DNA of 64,000 nucleotides from contig DJVP01000011.1 in the NCBI GenBank assembly GCA_002441245.1, positions 129,722 to 193,721 on the forward strand. Reading direction: 5' to 3'. Below, piece by piece: positions 41,453 through 51,558 of the stretch. Positions within the stretch are counted from its first letter, which is position 1; each line of letters starts with the position of its first letter. The notes under the pieces were generated by a model that ran no database searches, was not told the origin of the DNA, and saw nothing but the letters and a program-made list of their open reading frames with translations. The DNA is from Candidatus Omnitrophica bacterium UBA6253. GTDB taxonomy: Bacteria; Omnitrophota; Gorgyraeia; Gygaellales; Profunditerraquicolaceae. The position numbers and the translations under genes were made by a program.

Positions 41453-42066
41453 TGAAGATAGCGATTATTGATTATGGCATGGGCAATATCCATAGCGTGT
41501 CCAAGGCAATTGAACTTTGCGGTGCAAAGCCGATAATAACAAATAAAAAAAGCCAGTTGAGTTCCTGCGAAAAAATAGTCTTGCCGGGAGTAGGCGCTTT
41601 TGATGATGCAGTAACGGAGTTGGAAAAGCTGAAGTTGATCCCTGTTATTAAAGAGCAGGTTAAAAATAAGAAACCGTTCCTGGGTATTTGTTTAGGCATG
41701 CAGCTTTTATTTGAGACTAGCCAGGAGGCGAAAAGCAAGGCGGGTTTAGGGATATTGAAAGGCCAGGTAATTAAATTTAGCGCTAAACTTGGGCAAAAAG
41801 TTCCGCATATGGGCTGGAATAATCTAGAGGATATTTCGGCCGGTTGTTCTTTGTTGAACGGAATAACGGCAAGGGCGCAGGTTTATTTTTGCCACTCTTA
41901 TTATCCTGAGCCTGTTGACAAAGATGTTGTTGCGGCAAGTTGTAATTATGGGGTGAAGTTTGCTTGCGCCCTGGCTAAGGAAAATATTTACGGGGTGCAG
42001 TTCCATCCGGAAAAAAGTCAGGCAATAGGCTTAAAGATAATCAGGAATTTTGTGGAGTTATGTTAA
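41452..42066 (+). CDS. hisH: Imidazole glycerol phosphate synthase, glutamine amidotransferase subunit
   Basis: GATase-1 with a catalytic Cys in GICLGMQ and an HPE triad. Confidence 0.9.
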   Translation: MKIAIIDYGMGNIHSVSKAIELCGAKPIITNKKSQLSSCEKIVLPGVGAFDDAVTELEKLKLIPVIKEQVKNKKPFLGICLGMQLLFETSQEAKSKAGLGILKGQVIKFSAKLGQKVPHMGWNNLEDISAGCSLLNGITARAQVYFCHSYYPEPVDKDVVAASCNYGVKFACALAKENIYGVQFHPEKSQAIGLKIIRNFVELC

Positions 42067-42779
42067 TCATACCGGCGATAGATTTAAGAGGCGGCAAGGT
42101 AGTCAGGCTTTTTCAGGGCAGGTTTGACCGGGAGAAGATTTATTCGGCTGACCCGGTTAAGGTGGCTAAACATTGGGCTAAGCAGGGAGCGCAATTCCTG
42201 CACATTGTGGATTTAGATGGGGCCTCAAGCGGAAAGCCCAAGAATTTAGAGGCATTAAAGAGGATATTGAGCGAGGTTGGCGTACCTATTGAATTTGGCG
42301 GCGGGGTAAGGGGCATGGAAACAATCTCTGATCTGCTTAATCTGGGGGTGCAAAGGGTTGTTTTGGGGACGCGGGCAGCCGATGATCCGCAATTTCTGAA
42401 AAAGGCATTTAAAAAGTTTGGGCAAAAGATTATCGTGAGCATTGACGCTAAAGATTCTAAAGTTTTGACGCGAGGATGGAATAGTCCAACTTCTAAAATA
42501 GTATTGGATTTTGCCAAAGAATTAAAGGGTATAGGATTCAGGCAGGTGATCTATACTGATATTTCCAGGGATGGCGCTTTGGCTGGGCCGAATATCCTGG
42601 GAATTAAGGATTTGATTCGTAAGGCCGGATTGGATGTTATTGCCTCCGGCGGGGTGTCGGGATTAAAAGATCTGATTAAGCTCAAGAGTTTGCAGAAAAA
42701 AGGCGTATCAGGGGTGATTGTAGGTAAGGCTTTGTATGAGGGTAAATTTACCCTTGCTGAGGCCTTAAAGTTAAGCTAG
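42060..42779 (+). CDS. hisA: 1-(5-phosphoribosyl)-5-[(5-phosphoribosylamino)methylideneamino]imidazole-4-carboxamide isomerase
   Basis: MLIIPAIDLRGGKVVRL N-terminus. (beta/alpha)8 HisA family. Confidence 0.9.
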   Translation: MLIIPAIDLRGGKVVRLFQGRFDREKIYSADPVKVAKHWAKQGAQFLHIVDLDGASSGKPKNLEALKRILSEVGVPIEFGGGVRGMETISDLLNLGVQRVVLGTRAADDPQFLKKAFKKFGQKIIVSIDAKDSKVLTRGWNSPTSKIVLDFAKELKGIGFRQVIYTDISRDGALAGPNILGIKDLIRKAGLDVIASGGVSGLKDLIKLKSLQKKGVSGVIVGKALYEGKFTLAEALKLS

Positions 42780-42851
42780 GTATTTGGCGTTGATCAGCAC
42801 CCAACGCTGGTAAGTATTGCGCTGGTGCGTGTTTCTAAACAAGGAGGAAGT

Positions 42852-43271
42852 ATGGAGAGAAGAATACTGTTGTTGGTGGCGGCAGGGGCTTTTATTTTTT
42901 CTTTAAGTGGATGCGCAAGTAGCAGGAATAAAGATTTAGAAATCCAGGGTTTAAGAAATCAGGTTACTGCGCTTGAATCACAGGCGCCTGTTAAGGCTGA
43001 TGAGGCAAGCAGCATGGAACAGGTTTCAGCTGTATCTACGGAGAGTTTAGACAAAAGTGGAGAGGCCAAAGAGCGCCCGAGCGCAAGGCAAATTCAAGCT
43101 GCTTTAAAGAATGCCGGTTATTATCAGGGGATTATTGATGGCAAGATCGGCAGACAGAGCCGTCAGGCAATAAAGGATTTCCAGAAAGCAAATAATCTTT
43201 CAGTGGACGGGAAGGTGGGCAAAAAGACCTGGATAGCTTTAAGAGAGTATTTACAGAAAAAAGTTAAATAA
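42852..43271 (+). CDS. Lipoprotein with a peptidoglycan-binding (PG_binding_1) domain, inserted between hisA and hisF
   Basis: Lipobox LSGCASS. C-terminal PGBD repeat (IQAALKNAGYYQGIIDGKIG...VDGKVGKKTW). AAGGAGG RBS before the ATG at 42852. Confidence 0.65.
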   Translation: MERRILLLVAAGAFIFSLSGCASSRNKDLEIQGLRNQVTALESQAPVKADEASSMEQVSAVSTESLDKSGEAKERPSARQIQAALKNAGYYQGIIDGKIGRQSRQAIKDFQKANNLSVDGKVGKKTWIALREYLQKKVK

Positions 43272-43319
43272 TAAATATAGGGTAGGTAGCAGTTAGTAGG
43301 TAGAATTTACTGATTTTCT

Positions 43320-44075
43320 ATGCTGAGTAAACGTATTATTCCTTGTTTAGATATTAAAGCAGGCCGTGTGGTAAAGGGCGTAAAATTCCTGGGGCTTCGT
43401 GATGCCGGGGATCCGGTTAGCGTGGCTAAGGAATATGATGCCCAGGGTGCGGATGAGCTGGTTTTTCTGGATATTACTGCCAGTATTGAAAATAGAAAAA
43501 CCCTGGTGGCTTTGGTTGAAAAGATCGCCAGTAATATTTTTATGCCGTTTACGGTTGGCGGAGGAATAAGCGAGATTGACGATATTCGAAACATTCTTAA
43601 CGCCGGAGCGGAGAAGGTTTCTCTTAATACTCAAGCAGTGAAATTCCCGGAGTTAATCAGCAGCGCCGCGAAAAGATTCGGCAGCCAGTGTGTCGTGGTA
43701 GCTATTGATGCAAAGAGGCAGGGTGAATTCTGGGAGGTGTTTATTAACGGCGGCAGGACTCCTACGGGTATCGATGTTGAGGTTTGGGCAGAAAAAGCCG
43801 CCCGGCTTGGCGCAGGCGAAATACTTTTGACCAGTATGGATTGCGACGGGACAAACGACGGTTATGACATTAAGTTGACCAAGGCGATTACCTCCAAGGT
43901 GAATATCCCGGTGATTGCTTCCGGAGGCGCGGGAAAATTAGAAGATTTCTATAATGTTTTTATGCAGGCAGAGGCGGATGCTGCTTTGGCCGCTTCGCTT
44001 TTTCATTATGGTAAGTTATCCGTAAAACAGATAAAGGAGTATTTAAATCAAAGAGGGGTAATGGTAAGATTATGA
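43320..44075 (+). CDS. hisF: Imidazole glycerol phosphate synthase, cyclase subunit
   Basis: [17 protein letters not shown]-terminus of the HisF family. Confidence 0.95.
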   Translation: MLSKRIIPCLDIKAGRVVKGVKFLGLRDAGDPVSVAKEYDAQGADELVFLDITASIENRKTLVALVEKIASNIFMPFTVGGGISEIDDIRNILNAGAEKVSLNTQAVKFPELISSAAKRFGSQCVVVAIDAKRQGEFWEVFINGGRTPTGIDVEVWAEKAARLGAGEILLTSMDCDGTNDGYDIKLTKAITSKVNIPVIASGGAGKLEDFYNVFMQAEADAALAASLFHYGKLSVKQIKEYLNQRGVMVRL

Positions 44076-44404
44076 AAAAGACATCATTTAATCTAGGAAA
44101 CTTGAAGTTTGATAAAAACGGGTTGATACCGGCAATAATCCAGGATTATAAAAATAATCAGGTGTTAATGATCGCTTATATGAACAAGGAGTCGCTGCGC
44201 AGGACTTTGAAATTGGGTAAAACCTGTTTTTGGTCGCGTTCAAGAAAAGAGTATTGGGTCAAGGGGTTAACCAGCGGGCATTTCCAATTTATTAAATCTA
44301 TTGCTTATGATTGCGATATGGATGCGCTTTTAATTAAGGTGCGCCAGGTGGGCAAGGCATGCCATACGGGAAACAGGTCATGTTTTTACAGGAGGTTAAA
44401 TTAG
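44072..44404 (+). CDS. hisI: Phosphoribosyl-AMP cyclohydrolase
   Basis: GLIPAIIQD and the CHTG zinc motif. 110 aa, single domain. Confidence 0.85.
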   Translation: MKKTSFNLGNLKFDKNGLIPAIIQDYKNNQVLMIAYMNKESLRRTLKLGKTCFWSRSRKEYWVKGLTSGHFQFIKSIAYDCDMDALLIKVRQVGKACHTGNRSCFYRRLN

Positions 44405-44409
44405 TATTC

Positions 44410-45891
44410 ATGTTTAAACCAGATTTAAAAGAATTCCTAAAATTAAGCAAAAAGGGCAATGTTATCCCGGTTTATCTGGAGGTCAACGCGGATCTGGATA
44501 CTCCGGTTTCCGCTTTTTTGAAGATTAAGCAGGGGGATTATTCTTTTCTTTTGGAATCAGTGGAAGGCCAGGAAAAGATTGCCAGGTATTCTTTTCTGGG
44601 GACTAATCCCAGCCTTATTTTTAAAAGCAAGGGCAGGCAGATTGAGATTATTGATGTTGCTAAGAAAAAGAACAGGAGTTTTACCATTGAAGGAACCCCT
44701 TTTGATGAGATTAGGAAAATAATGCGGGATTTCCGTAGCGTAGAATTAGCTGGTTTGCCGCGTTTTTACGGCGGCCTGGTAGGGTATATCGGATATGATA
44801 CAGTGAGGTTTTTCGAAAAGATCCCTGATAAAAATAAGGATGCTTTGAAAATTCCTGATACGCTTTTTATTTTAACAGATACAATCTTAATCTTCGACCG
44901 GCTCAATCATACCTTAAAGATTGTAAGCAATGTTATCATACCCAAACAATCAGGAGTTTTAAAGAAAAAAGAACTTTATCAACAGGCCATCAAAAAGATC
45001 GGATCTATTTACAGTGATTTTAACCGGTTTATTATCCAGCCTAAGGATTCCTTGGGGCGCGCTGGCAAGTTATCCATCAGCAGTAACCTCAGAAGGCCGG
45101 AATTTGTCGATATGGTCAAGAAGGCCAAAGAATATATAAGGAAGGGTGATGTTATTCAGGTAGTTTTATCGCAAAGGTTCAAGGTGAAAACGCAGAAGGA
45201 CCATTTTGAAATATACCGGGCCCTGCGTAGCCTTAATCCATCTCCCTACATGTATTATTTAAAGTTGAAAGATTTTTCTATCGTTGGATCAAGCCCTGAG
45301 ATGCTCGTGCGTTGCGAGAATGGCCTGGTGCAAACCCGCCCTATCGCCGGGACGCGCAGGCGCGGCAGAAATAATCAGGAGGACGCACGTTTAGAGAAAG
45401 AACTCCTGGCTGATGAAAAGGAAAAGGCAGAACATCTAATGTTGGTAGATTTAGGCAGGAATGATTTGGGGCGTATAAGCAAGCTGGGTAAGGTGAAGGT
45501 TGATGATTTTATGCGCGTAGAAAAATACTCCCATGTAATGCATCTGGTCAGTGGGGTTAGCGCAGTACTTGACAAAAAAAGGTTTGATATCTATGATGTG
45601 TTGAAAGCCGCTTTTCCGGCAGGTACAGTCTCAGGGAGTCCTAAGATCAGGGCTATGGAGATTATTGATGAGCTGGAGAATTTGAGGCGTTCTTTATATG
45701 CCGGATCAATAGGTTATTTTAGTTTCTCGCATAATATGGATACTTGCATTGCCATCCGTACGATTTTGCTCAAGGATGGTTTTGCTTATGTGCAGGCTGG
45801 CGCCGGGCTTGTCGCTGACTCAGTGCCGGAAAAGGAATATCAGGAATCAGTGAATAAAGCCAGGGCTATGATGGAAGCAATTAGAGGTTAA
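44410..45891 (+). CDS. Chorismate-binding enzyme, anthranilate synthase component I / aminodeoxychorismate synthase family (TrpE/PabB)
   Basis: C-terminal chorismate-binding domain (IAGTRRRG, GAGLVADSVPEKEYQES). Confidence 0.8.
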   Translation: MFKPDLKEFLKLSKKGNVIPVYLEVNADLDTPVSAFLKIKQGDYSFLLESVEGQEKIARYSFLGTNPSLIFKSKGRQIEIIDVAKKKNRSFTIEGTPFDEIRKIMRDFRSVELAGLPRFYGGLVGYIGYDTVRFFEKIPDKNKDALKIPDTLFILTDTILIFDRLNHTLKIVSNVIIPKQSGVLKKKELYQQAIKKIGSIYSDFNRFIIQPKDSLGRAGKLSISSNLRRPEFVDMVKKAKEYIRKGDVIQVVLSQRFKVKTQKDHFEIYRALRSLNPSPYMYYLKLKDFSIVGSSPEMLVRCENGLVQTRPIAGTRRRGRNNQEDARLEKELLADEKEKAEHLMLVDLGRNDLGRISKLGKVKVDDFMRVEKYSHVMHLVSGVSAVLDKKRFDIYDVLKAAFPAGTVSGSPKIRAMEIIDELENLRRSLYAGSIGYFSFSHNMDTCIAIRTILLKDGFAYVQAGAGLVADSVPEKEYQESVNKARAMMEAIRG

Positions 45892-45906
45892 GAAAGGAGT
45901 AAGTAG

Positions 45907-46143
45907 ATGGCAGTACATATTCGTTTAAGGAGGATCGGTAAAAACCCTAAAGGCAAACCGCATTTTCGCATTAGTGTTTTTGACGAACGTAAAGGCCGGG
46001 ACAGCCGGATAATTGAAGAGCTGGGTTATTATAAGCCGGCAACCGGCTTAGCGGTGATTAAGAAAGAACGCCTTGCCGCCTGGGTAAAGAATGGCGCGCA
46101 ATTATCGGTTACCGTAAAAAGTTTATTAAAGAAGGATAAATAA
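45907..46143 (+). CDS. rpsP: 30S ribosomal protein S16
   Basis: MAVHIRLRRIGKNPKGKPHFRI...LGYYKP S16 signature. Confidence 0.9.
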   Translation: MAVHIRLRRIGKNPKGKPHFRISVFDERKGRDSRIIEELGYYKPATGLAVIKKERLAAWVKNGAQLSVTVKSLLKKDK

Positions 46144-46155
46144 AAGGAGCTTAAT

Positions 46156-46443
46156 ATGCCACAACAAAGTGCAGCTAGTCCGTTAATCCAGCTTTTTCCG
46201 TTAGTTCTGATCTTCGTTATTTTTTACTTTTTATTGATCCGCCCGCAAAAACAAAAAGAAAAAGAGCACCAGAAAATGCTGGCAGGGATCAATAAAAATG
46301 ACGAGATTGTTACTTCAGGCGGAATACACGGCACGGTCGTTAATGTAAAAGAGAAGACTTTAACTTTACGCATTGATGATAATGTGAAGATGGAGATTGA
46401 AAAAAACAGCGTTGCCTATATTAAGAATCTGAAGGGCGCTTAA
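46156..46443 (+). CDS. yajC: Preprotein translocase subunit YajC
   Basis: Single TM helix plus the YajC motif (QKQKEKEHQKMLAGINKNDEIVTSGGIHG). Confidence 0.85.
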   Translation: MPQQSAASPLIQLFPLVLIFVIFYFLLIRPQKQKEKEHQKMLAGINKNDEIVTSGGIHGTVVNVKEKTLTLRIDDNVKMEIEKNSVAYIKNLKGA

Positions 46444-46461
46444 AAACAGGAGTTCTAAGTT

Positions 46462-48663
46462 ATGGAAAGAAAACTGATCTATAAAATATTGCTTATCCTG
46501 GGGGTTGTGGGGTTGTTTTCTTATTATGCCTTTCCTTTGGATAAACGTATTAATCTTGGGCTTGATTTACAAGGCGGGATGCATCTTTTGCTTAAGGTTG
46601 ATACCAGCCACCTTGAAGGCCAGGCCAAGCTTGATGCTTGTGACCGGGCAGTAGAGGTAATCCGCAACCGCATAGATGAGTTTGGTGTCAGGGAAACTTC
46701 CATTCAGAAACAGGGTGAGGATGAGATTGTTGTGCAATTACCCGGGGTTACTGATCGTGAGCGCGCCATTGATATTATTGGTAAAACCGCGATGCTCGAG
46801 TTTAAGATTGTTTCTGACGATCCGATTAAGCTTAAAGATGCCCTGGCAGGAACGATTCCGGATGGGTATGAATTAAAGTATACCCTGGATGAGAATATGC
46901 CGCTTTTGGTTGAGAAAAAAGCGGCGTTGGTAGGCGATATGCTGACAAATGCGGAAGTTCGTTTTGATCAAAGCCAATTTAATGAGCCCATTGTTTCTTT
47001 GAAATTTAATGCCGCAGGGGCTAAAAAGTTTGCTGAAGTAACCGCAGCTAATGTCGGTAGAAGCTTGGCAATAGTCTTGGATGGCAAGGTGCAGTCGGCT
47101 CCCCGGATAAGAGAGGCGATCCCCTCGGGGGAAGCAGTGATTACCGGCAGGTTTGACGCGGAAGCTGCGCAAGACCTGGCGTTGATCTTAAGGGTGGGTG
47201 CTTTACCCGCTCCTATGCATATTGAAGAAGAACGGACTGTTGGGCCATTGTTGGGCCAGGATTCTATTAACAAGGGAGTTAAAGCTTGTTTGATTGGCTG
47301 TGCGCTGGTTTTTATTTTTATGCTAGGTTATTATCTTATAGCCGGGTTTATAAGCGATATCGCGCTTTTATTAAACCTTATAATAATCCTCGGGGGCTTA
47401 GGTTTGCTGCCAGCACTGTTTCCGGGGGTCTCGGCTACTTTGACCTTGCCCGGTATTGCTGGTATCGCATTATCCCTTGGGATGGCCGTAGATGCCAATG
47501 TTTTGATTAATGAGCGCATCAGGGAGGAATTGGCGTTGGGCAGGAATCTGCGCACTGCTATAGGCAATGGTTATTCGCGCGCTTTTAGCGCTATATTTGA
47601 TTCTAACCTGACTACTTTAATTGCAGCATTTCTATTATTTCAGTTTGGTACAGGGCCAATACGCGGTTTTGCGGTTACCTTAACTATAGGTTTACTGGCA
47701 AGTATGTTTACAGCTATCGTGGTTACCCGCGTGATATTTGAGATATTGCTTAATTTAGGATGGATCAAGAGCTTGCCGATGCTTAAGCTCATCGGGGAAA
47801 CTAAGCTGGATTTTATCAGCAAAAGGAAAATATTTTATGCGTTGTCTATTATTTTAATTGCGGCAGGGGCCTTTTCGTATATTAAGAAAGGGCCGGCGGT
47901 ATATGGTATTGATTTTGCCGGCGGGCAATTACAGGAGTACAGTTTTAAGAATGTACCTTCTATAGATAGGGTTAGGGAGGTACTTAAAGATATAAACCTG
48001 TCGGATGCTGCTATCCAGCAGTTTAAAGACAATCCAAGGGTGGTTTTAATCAGGACGACTGAAGATAAGAATCAAATTCTTACTAATAAGTTAAAAGAGG
48101 TTTTTCCCGATGAGGATATTCAGATTTTAAGGATTGAGCGCGTGGGGCCGGTTGCCGGGAAGAACCTAAAGAAAAAGGCTATCCTCGCATTGTTCTGGTC
48201 TTTGGTGGGGATACTGATTTATGTAAGCTTCAGGTTTAAACACATTAACTTTGCCTTTGCGGGTGTAATTGCGCTTTTGCATGACGTTCTGGTATCCATG
48301 GGATTTTTAGTAATTACTAACCGCCAGATCGATCTTTTAAGCGTAACTGCCTTTTTGACTATTGCAGGCTTTTCTATTAATGATACCATTGTTATTTATG
48401 ACCGGGTGCGTGAAAATACCCGTCTTTACCGAAAGCTTTCCTTAAGAGAGTTAATCAATTTAAGCGTGAACCAGACCCTTAGCCGGACCCTGCTTACTTC
48501 CGGGGTGACGCTTTTGGTAGTAGTTGCGTTTTTGTTTTATGGGGGAGAGGTTTTAAGTAATTTTGCCTTTGCTTTATTTGTGGGTTTTATTGCTGGAACA
48601 TATTCTACGGTCTTTATCGCCTCTCCTTTAGTGCTTGCCTGGAGCCGCAAGGGAGCTAAATAA
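46462..48663 (+). CDS. secDF: Protein translocase SecD-SecF fusion
   Basis: SecD periplasmic domain and TM bundle, followed by a SecF domain in one 733-aa ORF. Confidence 0.9.
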   Translation: MERKLIYKILLILGVVGLFSYYAFPLDKRINLGLDLQGGMHLLLKVDTSHLEGQAKLDACDRAVEVIRNRIDEFGVRETSIQKQGEDEIVVQLPGVTDRERAIDIIGKTAMLEFKIVSDDPIKLKDALAGTIPDGYELKYTLDENMPLLVEKKAALVGDMLTNAEVRFDQSQFNEPIVSLKFNAAGAKKFAEVTAANVGRSLAIVLDGKVQSAPRIREAIPSGEAVITGRFDAEAAQDLALILRVGALPAPMHIEEERTVGPLLGQDSINKGVKACLIGCALVFIFMLGYYLIAGFISDIALLLNLIIILGGLGLLPALFPGVSATLTLPGIAGIALSLGMAVDANVLINERIREELALGRNLRTAIGNGYSRAFSAIFDSNLTTLIAAFLLFQFGTGPIRGFAVTLTIGLLASMFTAIVVTRVIFEILLNLGWIKSLPMLKLIGETKLDFISKRKIFYALSIILIAAGAFSYIKKGPAVYGIDFAGGQLQEYSFKNVPSIDRVREVLKDINLSDAAIQQFKDNPRVVLIRTTEDKNQILTNKLKEVFPDEDIQILRIERVGPVAGKNLKKKAILALFWSLVGILIYVSFRFKHINFAFAGVIALLHDVLVSMGFLVITNRQIDLLSVTAFLTIAGFSINDTIVIYDRVRENTRLYRKLSLRELINLSVNQTLSRTLLTSGVTLLVVVAFLFYGGEVLSNFAFALFVGFIAGTYSTVFIASPLVLAWSRKGAK

Positions 48664-48758
48664 ACGGGGAAGTGAAAAGGATGAGGGGCGTTTCAATCAC
48701 AGGGACGTTTCTATTTTTCTAAATTAAAAAATAGGAATGTCCCTTAATTTCTAAGATT

Positions 48759-50663
48759 ATGTTTAAATCTCTAAAACTGTATGTTAATCAAATTATTGAT
48801 CCGGAAGAGCTTGCTAAGGTCCTAGTTGACTTTGGTTATAAAAGACAGGAACAGGTTTCCGGCGAAGGTGATTTCAGCCGCCGTGGAGGGATTATTGATA
48901 TATTCCCGGTTTCTTTTGAATTGCCCATCCGTATCGATATGGATAATGATAAGGCGATTTCTATTAAAACATTTAATCCTGAAAGCGGCCAGGCGCTTTG
49001 GCAGCATAATATTGTTATTATTCTTCCCTATAAGTCTTCGGCTGCCAGAACTGCCGTATTTAATGAAGAGTTTCCTTTAAAAAACTTTGTAGATTTAAAT
49101 GTCGGTGATTTTGTTGTGCATAATCAGCATGGCATTGGAAAATTCCTGGGCATGCAGAAGGTCCAACTGAAGGGGGTTTCCAAGGATCATCTGGTAATTG
49201 AGTATGATCGTAATGAGAGACTTTTTGTTCCGGTTGATTCCATGCATTTGGTGCAGAAGTATATTGCTTTCCATACACGCAAGCCGAAGCTTTACCGCCT
49301 GGGAAATAAGGAATGGCAGAGGGTTAAGGAGCGTACGCGTAAAGGTATCGCCAAGCTTGCCTGGGAATTATTAGGTTTACAGGCGATGCGTCTTGCGGGG
49401 GAAGGATTTAAGTTTTCCAGGGATACGGATTGGCAGGTTGATTTTGAGAAAACATTTCCATATCAGGAGACTCCTGATCAAGCCAGGGCGATGGCCGAGG
49501 TTAAGCGGGATATGGAGTCGGTTAAACCTATGGACAGGTTGCTTTGCGGCGATGTGGGGTATGGAAAGACCGAGGTGGCTATGCGTGCGGCTTTTAAGGC
49601 AGTGATGGATAATAAACAGGTCGCTTATCTTGTGCCAACCACTATTCTAGCTGAACAGCATTATAAGAATTTTATTCTACGGCTGAAGAACTTTCCGGTA
49701 AAAGTAGAAATGCTTTCACGTTTTAAGACTGCCGCGGAACAAGATGAAATTATTAAGGGTTTACGTAGCGGAAGCGTGGATATTGTTATCGGTACGCACA
49801 GGCTGCTTTCGCCTGACGTTAGTTTCAAGAACTTAGGCCTGGTTATTGTTGATGAAGAGCAGCGCTTTGGTGTTAAGGCCAAGGAACAGTTAAAGAAAAT
49901 TAAAACTTCTATAGATGTTTTGGTCTTAACTGCTACGCCAATACCCCGTACTTTGTATATGAGCCTTATGGGGGCAAAAGATTTTTCCGTGATTAATACT
50001 CCACCTCAAAATAGGTTGCCTATTAAGACGGTTGTGGTAGAATATGACTCAGACTTAATAGCCCAGGCAATTAAGTCTGAGCTTGATCGAGGCGGACAGG
50101 TTTTCTTTTTGCATAACCGTATCCTTGATTTGGAGAAAGTCAGGGATAAGATTGTCAGGAGCCTGGGCAGTAACGCACGTATATCAATAGCCCATGGTCA
50201 GATGCCGGCAAAGCAATTGGAACAGGTGATGTCGGATTTTATAAATGGCAATATTGATGTTTTAGTTTCTACGATGATTATTGAATCCGGGATTGATATT
50301 CCGAATGCTAATACAATTATTATTAATAATGCGCATTGTTTCGGACTAGCGGACCTGCATCAGCTGCGTGGCAGGGTGGGTAGGTTTAACCGTTCGGCAT
50401 ATGCTTATTTTATGATTGGACGTAAAGAGTTGATAGATACGGTTGCAAGAAAGAGGCTGCAGGCAATAGAAGAGCATAGCGATCTAGGTTCAGGTTTTAA
50501 TATCGCCATGGAAGATCTTGAGATACGGGGTGCAGGAAATCTGCTTGGCCAGGAGCAACACGGTTTTATTGTAGCTGTTGGTTTTGACCTGTATTGCCGC
50601 TTATTAAAAGAAGCAATCGTTAATTTTAAAAAGGCAGGTGTTTTTAATGATGCGCATAATTAG
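48759..50663 (+). CDS. mfd: Transcription-repair coupling factor (Mfd) homolog, shortened at both ends
   Basis: CarD/RNAP-interacting domain (VGDFVVHNQHGIGKF), SF2 translocase motifs (GDVGYGKTEVA, VIVDEEQRFG, QLRGRVGR) and a TRG motif. Lacks the N-terminal UvrB-homology modules and the C-terminal D7. Confidence 0.8.
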   Translation: MFKSLKLYVNQIIDPEELAKVLVDFGYKRQEQVSGEGDFSRRGGIIDIFPVSFELPIRIDMDNDKAISIKTFNPESGQALWQHNIVIILPYKSSAARTAVFNEEFPLKNFVDLNVGDFVVHNQHGIGKFLGMQKVQLKGVSKDHLVIEYDRNERLFVPVDSMHLVQKYIAFHTRKPKLYRLGNKEWQRVKERTRKGIAKLAWELLGLQAMRLAGEGFKFSRDTDWQVDFEKTFPYQETPDQARAMAEVKRDMESVKPMDRLLCGDVGYGKTEVAMRAAFKAVMDNKQVAYLVPTTILAEQHYKNFILRLKNFPVKVEMLSRFKTAAEQDEIIKGLRSGSVDIVIGTHRLLSPDVSFKNLGLVIVDEEQRFGVKAKEQLKKIKTSIDVLVLTATPIPRTLYMSLMGAKDFSVINTPPQNRLPIKTVVVEYDSDLIAQAIKSELDRGGQVFFLHNRILDLEKVRDKIVRSLGSNARISIAHGQMPAKQLEQVMSDFINGNIDVLVSTMIIESGIDIPNANTIIINNAHCFGLADLHQLRGRVGRFNRSAYAYFMIGRKELIDTVARKRLQAIEEHSDLGSGFNIAMEDLEIRGAGNLLGQEQHGFIVAVGFDLYCRLLKEAIVNFKKAGVFNDAHN

Positions 50664-51558
50664 TTTTGTTATGTTGGTATTTTTATTTCTTTGCCCCGCC
50701 TGTCGTCTTTACGCGCAGGACAAGATGGTGGCGGTGGTAAATAATGAAATTATTACACAAAAAGATCTCAATGATTTCTTAAACTTTATACGCATGCAGT
50801 ATGCCCGCGAGTTGAGCGGAAAGGCCCTTGAAGAAAAGGTGAATTCTTCTAAACAGGACCTGTTGCAGCGTTTGATCGAGGACAGGATTATGCTCCAGGA
50901 GGCAAAAAATGAGAAGATAACTATTGAGCCAGCCAGGATAAAAGCAAAAATTAATGAAATCAAAAAGCGTTATGCATTAGAATCTGATTTTGAGCATGAT
51001 CTTGCTAAGCAGGGGCTGGTGCAGGCAGATTTAGAAAATAAAATTCGCGAGCAGATGCTTACCTTTAACGTTGTGGAGCAGAATGTGCGCAGCAAGGTAA
51101 GGATCCGTCCTGAGGAGGTCACTGATTTTTATAATCAGAATAAGCGCAAGTTTTTAAAGCCGGAAGAACGGCTCCTAACAGTTATAGTTTTACAGGATGA
51201 AAGTACTGCAAAATCCTTAAGTTACTATTTGCGTCTGGGAGAGAAGCCGGAAGACCTAGCTAGTAAGTATGCCTTTACAGTTGATACTCTTTCTGTTTCT
51301 CAGGGGCAGGATTTGCGTAAAGAAATTGAAGAGACGGTATTTAAATTAGGTATATCTGAGGTGTCTGATCCGGTAAAGATTAATGGGCAATATTATATAT
51401 TTAGATTAGATGATATTATTGGGAGTCGGCAGTTAGACCTTGCTCAATCTCAGGATAAGATCCATGCATATTTATTTGATAAAAAGGTACAAGAAAGGCT
51501 AGCGAAGTGGTTAGATGAACTCAAGAAGCAATCCTATATTAAAATCCTCAACAATTAG
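50638..51558 (+). CDS. SurA-like periplasmic chaperone / peptidyl-prolyl isomerase (PpiC-type)
   Basis: Signal peptide, SurA N-terminal-like helical domain, C-terminal parvulin-like segment. Confidence 0.65.
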   Translation: MFLMMRIISFVMLVFLFLCPACRLYAQDKMVAVVNNEIITQKDLNDFLNFIRMQYARELSGKALEEKVNSSKQDLLQRLIEDRIMLQEAKNEKITIEPARIKAKINEIKKRYALESDFEHDLAKQGLVQADLENKIREQMLTFNVVEQNVRSKVRIRPEEVTDFYNQNKRKFLKPEERLLTVIVLQDESTAKSLSYYLRLGEKPEDLASKYAFTVDTLSVSQGQDLRKEIEETVFKLGISEVSDPVKINGQYYIFRLDDIIGSRQLDLAQSQDKIHAYLFDKKVQERLAKWLDELKKQSYIKILNN

